Shown one piece after another: positions 9,791 to 17,635 of a stretch of 64,000 bases of DNA. Origin of the DNA: Clostridiaceae bacterium (GTDB taxonomy: Bacteria; Bacillota; Clostridia; DUPQ01); NCBI GenBank assembly GCA_012838235.1, contig DUPQ01000014.1, forward strand, positions 108 through 64,107, in the 5' to 3' direction. Position numbers and translations under genes: made by a program. The notes beneath the pieces were generated by a model. That model was not told the origin of the DNA and searched no databases. It worked only from the letters and a program-made list of their open reading frames with translations. The first letter of the stretch is position 1; every line of letters begins with the position of its first letter.

Positions 9791-11527
9791 ATGAATTTGC
9801 TTAATGTAACAATAGATGGCATAAAGGTACAGGTACCGGAAGGAACATCGGTTTTGGATGCCGCAAAATTGGCAAATGTTGATATACCGACACTTTGTTA
9901 TTTAAAGGATATCAATGAGATAGGCGCATGCAGAATGTGTCTTGTGGATGTCGGAGGAAGAGCACTGCAGGCAGCCTGCGTTTATCCTTGCTCGGAAGGT
10001 TTGAAAGTTATAACCAATTCTCCCAAGATAAGAGATATAAGAAAGGCTACATTGGAACTCATACTTTCCCATCACGACAGAAGTTGTCTTACATGTATAA
10101 GAAATCAGAACTGCGAGCTTCAGGCTCTGGCCGATAAGCTGAATGTAAGAGATATACCTTTTGACGGTGCACCGAAGGGATTACCGATAGATAATATTTC
10201 AAAATCCATAGTCAGAGATAACAATAAGTGCGTACTGTGCAGAAGATGTACATCCATATGCAACAATATACAGACAGTCGGTGCAATAAATGTAATGGAA
10301 AGAGGATACGAAACCGTTGTATCCACTACCGATCACAGATCCATTGCCGATGTCAACTGCGTTAACTGCGGACAATGTATAAATGTTTGTCCCGTAGGTG
10401 CTATTTACGAAAAGGACAATACACAAGCCGTATGGGATGCTATAAAAGATCCGGATAAATATGTCGTAATCCAAACCGCTCCTTCGGTAAGAGCCGGAAT
10501 AGGCGAAGAGTTCGGTTACCCGATAGGAACACCGGTTACCGGAAAAATGGTGGGAGCTATCAAGAAAATGGGATTTGATAAAGTGTTTGATACCGATACC
10601 GCAGCCGACCTTACGATTATGGAGGAAGGAACGGAGTTGCTGACCAGGATAAAAACCGGTGGAAAATTACCGCTTATCACATCGTGCAGCCCCGGCTGGA
10701 TAAAGTTCTGCGAACACGAATTTCCCGAATTCCTGGATAACTTATCCACATGTAAATCACCTCAGCAGATGTTCGGTGCATTAATCAAATCATATTACGC
10801 CGAAAAGAATAATATTGATCCTTCAAAGATTTTTGTAGTGGCCGTAATGCCGTGTACCGCTAAAAAATTCGAATCTGACAGAGAAGAAATGTTCAACGAC
10901 GTGGATGTTTCCATTACATCCAGAGAATTGGCCAGAATGATTCGTGAAGCGGGTATAGACTTCCGTTCGGTAGAAGAAGCGCAGTTTGATAATCCTCTTG
11001 GAGAAGCAACCGGCGCAGGCGTAATATTCGGTGCAACCGGCGGAGTTATGGAAGCCGCATTAAGAACGGTATATTACATACTGGAAGGTAAGAGAATCAA
11101 TGAAGAAGCTCTGATGCCTATCAGAGGAACAGAAGGTATCAAAGAAGCAACATTGAAAGTTGCAGGTATGGATGTAAATGTTTGTGCAGCAAGCGGTCTG
11201 GGTAATGCAAGAAAAGTTCTTAACATGGTAAAGAACGGTGAAAAGAATTATCATTTCATAGAGATAATGGCTTGCCCGGGAGGATGCGTAAACGGCGGCG
11301 GTCAGCCTATTGTTCCCGCTTCGATAAGGAATAAGATTGACATAAGAGCGGAAAGAGCCAAAGCGTTATACTCGGAAGACAAGCGTGCCACATACAGGAA
11401 CTCAGATGAAAACCCGTTCATTCAGAAGTTCTATAAAGAATACGCCGGAGAACCGGGAAGTCATAAAGCACATGAGCTTCTCCATACACATTACCAAAAG
11501 AGAGAGAAACACTTGAAGAATAAATAG
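9791..11527 (+). CDS. hydA: [FeFe]-hydrogenase catalytic subunit (M3-type architecture)
   Basis: N-terminal 2Fe-2S and His-ligated cluster regions (HHDRSCLTC) and two CxxCxxCxxxCP motifs. H-cluster motifs are MPCTAKKFE (P2) and EIMACPGGCVNGGGQP (P3). P1 is TSCSPGW rather than TSCCPxW. Confidence 0.9.
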   Translation: MNLLNVTIDGIKVQVPEGTSVLDAAKLANVDIPTLCYLKDINEIGACRMCLVDVGGRALQAACVYPCSEGLKVITNSPKIRDIRKATLELILSHHDRSCLTCIRNQNCELQALADKLNVRDIPFDGAPKGLPIDNISKSIVRDNNKCVLCRRCTSICNNIQTVGAINVMERGYETVVSTTDHRSIADVNCVNCGQCINVCPVGAIYEKDNTQAVWDAIKDPDKYVVIQTAPSVRAGIGEEFGYPIGTPVTGKMVGAIKKMGFDKVFDTDTAADLTIMEEGTELLTRIKTGGKLPLITSCSPGWIKFCEHEFPEFLDNLSTCKSPQQMFGALIKSYYAEKNNIDPSKIFVVAVMPCTAKKFESDREEMFNDVDVSITSRELARMIREAGIDFRSVEEAQFDNPLGEATGAGVIFGATGGVMEAALRTVYYILEGKRINEEALMPIRGTEGIKEATLKVAGMDVNVCAASGLGNARKVLNMVKNGEKNYHFIEIMACPGGCVNGGGQPIVPASIRNKIDIRAERAKALYSEDKRATYRNSDENPFIQKFYKEYAGEPGSHKAHELLHTHYQKREKHLKNK

Positions 11528-11565
11528 TTTCTCATACCGGTAATCTTTAATATTTGAAGAATAAG

Positions 11566-11593
11566 CAAAAAGCGGTAGTAATACCGCTTTTTC
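11566..11593 (+). terminator. Intrinsic terminator after hydA
   Basis: AAAAAGCGGTA-gtaa-TACCGCTTTTT hairpin followed by T residues. Confidence 0.85.
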
Positions 11594-11666
11594 GTATAGA
11601 ACAATAAATATCAGTGAATTATTTAATAATTAAAAATATCAATATAATCAATATTGTCTGTTCATT

Positions 11667-12581
11667 ATGACAAATATATACATTAAAATACAGGTAATGA
11701 ATGAAGCAGGATATATCTTCTCATGTATTGACTTTTTATCTCCCAACGAAAAATATCGCCTGTATATGGCGAGTAAATCGGTATATGAAATATTTGATAT
11801 GAATAAAGATGATTTGCTTTATCTCTCAAAGATTTCCGATGTTCCTTATGATAAACTCAAAACCGTTCGTAATATAAGTTATCCAAAGTATCAAAAAGGG
11901 AATAGTGATATAAAGATTACGGATATATATTCTGAAGACTATCCTCAAATACTTAAAGAGACATATGGTGCTCCCATAGTCTTATATCACATAGGAGATA
12001 TACCGAAAGAATGTATGGTTTCGGTTGTGGGCTCCAGAAAACCCGGTCCTTACGGAATGAGATGTGCCGAAGTATTATCGGTTAACTTGTCTTTACAAGG
12101 CTTTACCGTAGTGAGCGGTATGGCAAAAGGTATTGACGGCATCTGCCATATGGCCGCTTTACAATACGGTAATTCCGTCGCGGTATTGGGTAACGGCTTA
12201 AATGTATGTTACCCCTCGGAAAACCGAAATTTATATGATATGCTGATTAAAAAAGGATGCCTTATAAGTGAATTCCCTCCGGACAGTAAACCGAAAAAGA
12301 TTAATTTTCCCATGCGAAACAGAATAATATCCGGCTTATCATTTTGTACGGTTGTGGTGGAAGCCGGCATAAAAAGCGGTTCATTGATAACTGCAAATTG
12401 CGCATTGTCACAGAACAGGGAAGTATATTGTTTTCCCAATTATATCGATACGGGTTTCAACGGAACAAACTTATTGATTAAGGAAGGAGCGGGCATAATT
12501 ACGGACATAGATGATTTCTGTCGTGAATTAAATACTATTGAAATTAATCGAAAAACCATTTATTATTGTAAAAGCAATTGA
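11667..12581 (+). CDS. dprA: DNA-processing protein DprA (Smf)
   Basis: SGMAKGIDG..H and FPMRNRIISGLS motifs. Located immediately upstream of topA, as in many Firmicutes. The start is uncertain (ATG at 11697 is an alternative). Confidence 0.85.
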   Translation: MTNIYIKIQVMNEAGYIFSCIDFLSPNEKYRLYMASKSVYEIFDMNKDDLLYLSKISDVPYDKLKTVRNISYPKYQKGNSDIKITDIYSEDYPQILKETYGAPIVLYHIGDIPKECMVSVVGSRKPGPYGMRCAEVLSVNLSLQGFTVVSGMAKGIDGICHMAALQYGNSVAVLGNGLNVCYPSENRNLYDMLIKKGCLISEFPPDSKPKKINFPMRNRIISGLSFCTVVVEAGIKSGSLITANCALSQNREVYCFPNYIDTGFNGTNLLIKEGAGIITDIDDFCRELNTIEINRKTIYYCKSN

Positions 12582-12594
12582 TTTGGAGGAAATT

Positions 12595-14712
12595 ATGTCA
12601 AAAAATCTGGTAATAGTGGAATCGCCTGCCAAGGCCAATACAATCAAAAAGTTTTTGGGAAAGGATTTTACCGTCATGGCCAGTTTCGGTCATGTGCGGG
12701 ATTTACCGGAAAAAGCATTTGGAATTGATGTTGAAAACCATTACCAACCCAACTATGAAATTTTAAGCGGAAAGAAAGAAGTTGTAGACAAACTTAAAAA
12801 AGCCGTAAAGGAAAGCGACAGGACTTATCTTGCAACCGACCCGGACCGTGAGGGTGAAGCAATTTCCTATCATCTGGCTCATTTACTCAAAATAGATCCT
12901 CAGTCAAAGTGCAGAATTGTTTTTAACGAGATAACAAAACCCGCCGTAACCAATGCTTTGAATGAAACAAAACCTATAAATATGGATATGTTCTATGCAC
13001 AGCAAGCCAGAAGGATTTTAGACAGAATAGTAGGTTACAAAACCAGTCCCCTGTTATGGAAGAAGATTAAAAAGGGCTTAAGTGCCGGCAGAGTGCAGTC
13101 GGTGGCATTGGAACTGGTATGCGACAGGGAAGATGAGATTAGAGCTTTTGTACCCGAAGAATACTGGAATCTTATGCTGAAACTCAGTAAAATTTCCCAT
13201 GACCAGATTTTCATTGCGAAATTCTATGGAAAGGATAATGAGAAAGTTAAACTGTCAAATGAAACCGAGGCGAACGAGGTATATAACTTTGTAAGTAATA
13301 ACATTGTTTCCGTAAAATCGGTAAAGAAGACCAAAAGAAAGAAATATCCTTTTCCGCCTTTTATAACCTCTACCTTGCAGCAGGATGCTTCCAATAAATT
13401 GGGTTTCACAACATCCAAAACAATGAAAATTGCTCAGGAACTTTATGAAGGTATAGAATTGAAGAATGACGGTACCGTGGGACTTATAACCTACATGAGA
13501 ACCGATTCCACACGTATTTCCTCCGATTTTCAGATGGCTACACGTGATTTTATAAAACAGAATTTCGGCAACGAATTCGTACCCGCAAATATACCCAGTT
13601 ACAAAAATCGCAATAATGCTCAGGATGCACATGAAGCCATACGTCCTACGGATTTCAACTTGACACCTACCAAGGTATCGGCAAGCCTCACAAAAGACCA
13701 GGCTTCATTGTACACATTGATATATAACAGGTATATTGCCAGTCAGATGGCACCTGCGGAATATGATAATACAGCCGTTGATATTGTTTGCGGACCTTAT
13801 CTGTTTAAAGCCGTCGGTAATATTGTGACCTTTAAAGGCTATATGACCGTTTACGAAGAACATAGGATAGAACAGAGCGATTCGGAGAAAGATGAATATG
13901 AAAATACATATCTGCCGAAACTTGTTGCAAAAGAACAGCTTATGAAACACGACTTACAGAAAATACAGAAATTTACCACTCCTCCTTCAAGATACACGGA
14001 AGCATCGCTGGTCAAGATGATGGAAGAAAAGGGGATAGGAAGACCCAGCACCTATGCTCCGACAATTAATATCATTTTAAAAAGAAATTATGTGAAAAGA
14101 GAAAAAAGAATATTAGTTCCGACAGATCTGGGTATGACGGTAAATACATTCATGGTCAGGAATTTCGAAACCCTGCTGGATTACGGGTTTACAGCTCAGA
14201 TGGAAGAGCAGCTGGATGAGATAGAAACGGGAAAGGTTGACTGGATATCCTTAATAGATAAATTTTATAAGGACTATATCGAACAGATTTATATAGCCGA
14301 TATACGAACCGATAAAATAGATTTGCTTTCCGACGAGATATGTGAAAAATGCGGAAAACCCATGGTTATCAAATCGGGAAGATACGGAGATTTTCTGGGA
14401 TGCTCCGGTTACCCGGCATGTAATTTTACCAAGAAGATAATTGATGATACGGGGTATAAGTGCCCTAAATGTAACGGTAAAGTACTGAATAAAAAGACAA
14501 AGAACGGCGTTAAGTTTATTTCCTGCGAAAATTATCCCAAGTGTGATTTTTCATCATGGGGAACCATAATAAAAGATAAAAAATGTCCTAAATGCGATAA
14601 TTTCCTTTTGAAAGTATTTGAAGACAAACAGGCTATGACAAAATGTTCTTCGGATAAATGCGACTATAAAACCAAGTTTGTTAAGGTTACAAAAGGTAAA
14701 AAAGAAAAGTAA
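12595..14712 (+). CDS. topA: DNA topoisomerase I
   Basis: I place the start at ATG 12595 (MSKNLVIVESPAKA Toprim start) with GGAGGA 5 nt upstream. The ORF-track start at 12538 overlaps dprA. Active-site Tyr motif ITYMRTDSTR. Multiple C-terminal CxxC zinc ribbons. Confidence 0.95.
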   Translation: MSKNLVIVESPAKANTIKKFLGKDFTVMASFGHVRDLPEKAFGIDVENHYQPNYEILSGKKEVVDKLKKAVKESDRTYLATDPDREGEAISYHLAHLLKIDPQSKCRIVFNEITKPAVTNALNETKPINMDMFYAQQARRILDRIVGYKTSPLLWKKIKKGLSAGRVQSVALELVCDREDEIRAFVPEEYWNLMLKLSKISHDQIFIAKFYGKDNEKVKLSNETEANEVYNFVSNNIVSVKSVKKTKRKKYPFPPFITSTLQQDASNKLGFTTSKTMKIAQELYEGIELKNDGTVGLITYMRTDSTRISSDFQMATRDFIKQNFGNEFVPANIPSYKNRNNAQDAHEAIRPTDFNLTPTKVSASLTKDQASLYTLIYNRYIASQMAPAEYDNTAVDIVCGPYLFKAVGNIVTFKGYMTVYEEHRIEQSDSEKDEYENTYLPKLVAKEQLMKHDLQKIQKFTTPPSRYTEASLVKMMEEKGIGRPSTYAPTINIILKRNYVKREKRILVPTDLGMTVNTFMVRNFETLLDYGFTAQMEEQLDEIETGKVDWISLIDKFYKDYIEQIYIADIRTDKIDLLSDEICEKCGKPMVIKSGRYGDFLGCSGYPACNFTKKIIDDTGYKCPKCNGKVLNKKTKNGVKFISCENYPKCDFSSWGTIIKDKKCPKCDNFLLKVFEDKQAMTKCSSDKCDYKTKFVKVTKGKKEK

Positions 14713-14721
14713 ATTAAATAT

Positions 14722-16089
14722 TTACTTATAAAATTCCGTCAGTGAATATTTCTTGGTAAGCATATTTCTCAGATTGAACATAGCGGTATATGTAGCGGTT
14801 ATATATATCGGTATATTGTGCTCCAGAGCGGTTTTTACGAGGGTTGCATCGTTTTTTGCTACAGATACCTTATTCATGTCAAAATCGACATTTTTAAGTC
14901 TTAAAGCCATATCTTCCGCTCTTGAGCCTCCCAGATAGACATATCGTATTTTATCATTTATTTCCTCGAGCTTTTCAAATACAACATCATTAATCCAGGA
15001 AATATCGGTACCGTCGGCAGGTTTGTCGTTAAGGATAACACACAGAATATATTCGTCATCTACTAAAAACAGGTAATCGATAATCCGGTTGAAACCCGCA
15101 GTATTTTTTACGAGAATGATGTTAACAGGTACATTATTGATTTTAACCGTTTCCATGCGTCCGAAACCGCTTTTAAACGTACTGACGGCAGTCAGAATGT
15201 GTTTGTCTGCAATTCCTATCGCATTCAATGCACAGGATGCGGCCAAGGCATTGTATATATTATGTGCTCCCGGAAGGTTAACGCGGACATCATATAATCT
15301 ACCGTCTACAGTCATAGCGATATCGCTTCCGGTTACGTCCATATTCTTTACAGAAACGGCACCGACATCAGGCTTATGACGTCTATAACCGCAGTTATCG
15401 CATCTGAAACCGCCTAAATGAGCATATGTGACATAATCATAGGTATAGGGGTTTTCGCACTTAATACAGTGTAAAACGTCATTCTGTTCATTAATATGTG
15501 TATCAGGCATTTTTACATCGACACCGAATAACCTTGTCCTGTTTTTTGTTAAAGCCATAAGATGGGTACATAACGAACAATCGGCATTTATACATATCGG
15601 CGAATCACAGTTATTAATGCCGTCCGCTATCAACCGTAATATATTATTTACATCACCGTATCTGTCCAACTGGTCGGCGAATATATTGGTTACCAGTATA
15701 ACTTGCGGATTTATATACTTGGTGACCTGTCTCAGCGCTGCTTCATCACACTCTATCACGGCGTAATCATGACGGTTTTTTCCGGACAGCGAAGAAGCCA
15801 GGCAAAAGGAGGTAACAACTCCGTTAAGCAGGTTAGCTCCCGATTTATTGGAAAAATATTTAATTCCCGCATTTTCCAGAGCGGTCTCTATAATTCTGCA
15901 GGTGGTTGTTTTTCCGTTGGTGCCGGTTACAAGAATAACTTTAACGTTTGCGGAAACATACTTAAGAATGTCTTTACAAAACAGCATTGCTATTTTGCCG
16001 GGAAGGGAAGTGCCTCCTTTTTTAAAAACTCTCAGAACGGCACAGGTTATTTTACATAATAATATCGATAATACCACTTTCAATTTCAT
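14722..16089 (-). CDS. murT: Mur-ligase family protein, MurT-like (lipid II isoglutaminyl synthase subunit)
   Basis: ATP site GTNGKTTT and a MurT-type Cys4 ribbon (HCIKC...CDNC). The N-terminal LPGKIA segment aligns with MurT by eye. C-terminal DUF1727-like region. Confidence 0.75.
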   Translation of the reverse strand: MKLKVVLSILLCKITCAVLRVFKKGGTSLPGKIAMLFCKDILKYVSANVKVILVTGTNGKTTTCRIIETALENAGIKYFSNKSGANLLNGVVTSFCLASSLSGKNRHDYAVIECDEAALRQVTKYINPQVILVTNIFADQLDRYGDVNNILRLIADGINNCDSPICINADCSLCTHLMALTKNRTRLFGVDVKMPDTHINEQNDVLHCIKCENPYTYDYVTYAHLGGFRCDNCGYRRHKPDVGAVSVKNMDVTGSDIAMTVDGRLYDVRVNLPGAHNIYNALAASCALNAIGIADKHILTAVSTFKSGFGRMETVKINNVPVNIILVKNTAGFNRIIDYLFLVDDEYILCVILNDKPADGTDISWINDVVFEKLEEINDKIRYVYLGGSRAEDMALRLKNVDFDMNKVSVAKNDATLVKTALEHNIPIYITATYTAMFNLRNMLTKKYSLTEFYK

Positions 16090-16095
16090 AAAAAA

Positions 16096-16124
16096 ATTAT
16101 ATCAGCGCAAAAGAGGATTATCAA
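16096..16124 (-). promoter_or_regulatory. Near-consensus sigma-A promoter abutting the murT start codon (leaderless candidate)
   Basis: The minus strand reads TTGATA (16124-16119), 17-nt spacer, TATAAT (16101-16096), TTTTTT, then ATG (16089-16087). There is no purine-rich Shine-Dalgarno sequence. Confidence 0.55.
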
Positions 16125-16139
16125 TAAACAATCCTCTTT
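16110..16139. repeat. Perfect 10-bp inverted repeat AAAGAGGATT-N10-AATCCTCTTT
   Basis: Read directly from the sequence. It covers the -35 element and spacer of the murT promoter, in the divergent murT/sigma-factor intergenic region. Confidence 0.8.
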
Positions 16140-16243
16140 AGACTTAAAGAAAAAAGTGGTTGTCAATTAATGCCGATAAAAGGATTAAATAATATAATGC
16201 AAATAAACATATTTTCATGTTATATTATACCTACGGAGGTTTC

Positions 16244-16825
16244 ATGGAATATACTGACGAACAGCTGATAAATATGAGCGTAAAAGGCGATACTTCGGCT
16301 TTCGGTGTTCTTGTTGAGCGCTATCAGAACAAAGCATATGCAATATCCATTAAGATTGTGCAAAATCATGATGATGCTTTGGATTGCGTACAGGACTCGT
16401 TTATAAAAGCATTCAGAAGTTTAAGCTCTTTTAATTTCCAGTCGTCATTCAATACATGGTTATACAGGATTGTAACCAATACCTCTTTGGACCTTCTGCG
16501 TAAGAACAAGAAATATCAGAGCAATATTCCCATAGAAAAACCTTTATCGGGAGATGACGATGATGATTATTTTATCCAGATAGAAGACCAAAAGGCGGAT
16601 GTGGAAAATATAGCGGAAAGCAACGAAACGGTAAAAGCGGTCAGAGAAGCCATCAGTCAACTGTCTGAAGATTTAAAGAAGGTTATATTATTGTTTGAGA
16701 TAGAACAGTTCTCACTTATAGAAGTTTCCGAGATTCTTAACATTCCTGTCGGAACGGTAAAATCCAGATTATTCAGAGCGCGGGAAAAACTTGCAATATT
16801 ATTGAAAGATAAGGAACTTTTTTGA
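16244..16825 (+). CDS. ECF-type RNA polymerase sigma-70 family factor
   Basis: Region 2 (YQNKAYAISIKIV..DDALDCVQDSFIKAF) and region 4 HTH (SLIEVSEILNIPVGTVKSRLFRAREKL). I place the start at ATG 16244, preceded by GGAGG. Confidence 0.85.
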   Translation: MEYTDEQLINMSVKGDTSAFGVLVERYQNKAYAISIKIVQNHDDALDCVQDSFIKAFRSLSSFNFQSSFNTWLYRIVTNTSLDLLRKNKKYQSNIPIEKPLSGDDDDDYFIQIEDQKADVENIAESNETVKAVREAISQLSEDLKKVILLFEIEQFSLIEVSEILNIPVGTVKSRLFRAREKLAILLKDKELF

Positions 16826-16861
16826 GGTGTGCTACGTTATATATATGAGGATTTGTTAATA

Positions 16862-17608
16862 ATGAGTAAATGCGGGAATTGCAAAAAATTAATACATGAA
16901 TATCTGAACAGCGGAAGGTCGCAGCAAATCAAGGAAAAACTGGATCTTCATCTTTCCGTCTGTCATTCCTGCAAAGAGTATTTTGATTATATGCTTGCAA
17001 TTAACAACTCGCTGAGAAAAATGAAAAGTACGGCTGTTATCAATGTTAAAGATGTCGTTATGGAGAGTATAAGGGAAGAGCAGCCTCAACCTGTCAGATA
17101 CAGAAAGGTATACATAGGATATGCGGCAGCGGTTGCCTGTGTTGCAATCGTTGTAGGGGTTTTTGCTATTACCGGAGGTTTTCGCACCAAACTGTATAAA
17201 GAAGCTGCGGGAATCCCGAATTCAACTTACAGAGATTCTGACGAACAGATAATAGAAAAAGAACCTGCTTTTGCCCCCAGAGCCTGTACTATGGCGAATG
17301 AGGATGCACTGGGAATTGAATCCGCAGATGAAAAAAGCTTTGAAGATATGATTATATGCAACTATTCTACCGATAAAAGTTATAACGACCTTATGAAAGA
17401 GATAACCGATTTATCGGAGCAATTCGTTATTTTCAATATATATAATCAGGCGGATATGAATGAGATATCTTTCATATCCAATACTGCGGATACCGAAAAG
17501 ATTTCCGAAGAATTGAATCTGAAAAAAGATATCACTGTAAAAACCGAAACAAATACAGCCGATAGTGTCAGCGAATATACAAAAGTTATCATAATATATA
17601 AAGACTGA
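16862..17608 (+). CDS. Anti-sigma factor, zf-HC2 type, single-pass membrane protein
   Basis: H-x3-C-x2-C motif (HLSVCHSC) and one TM helix (YIGYAAAVACVAIVVGVFAI). Directly downstream of the ECF sigma gene. The start is uncertain (GTG 16829 in the ORF track). Confidence 0.7.
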   Translation: MSKCGNCKKLIHEYLNSGRSQQIKEKLDLHLSVCHSCKEYFDYMLAINNSLRKMKSTAVINVKDVVMESIREEQPQPVRYRKVYIGYAAAVACVAIVVGVFAITGGFRTKLYKEAAGIPNSTYRDSDEQIIEKEPAFAPRACTMANEDALGIESADEKSFEDMIICNYSTDKSYNDLMKEITDLSEQFVIFNIYNQADMNEISFISNTADTEKISEELNLKKDITVKTETNTADSVSEYTKVIIIYKD

Positions 17609-17635
17609 GCATAATCCATGATATAATTGAATCCG

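Noticed and set aside
12538-12594. ORF-track start of topA at 12538, overlapping dprA
   Set aside because: The Toprim domain begins at MSKNLVIVESPAKA (ATG 12595), which has a GGAGGA RBS. The upstream 19 codons overlap the dprA coding end and match nothing in TopA.
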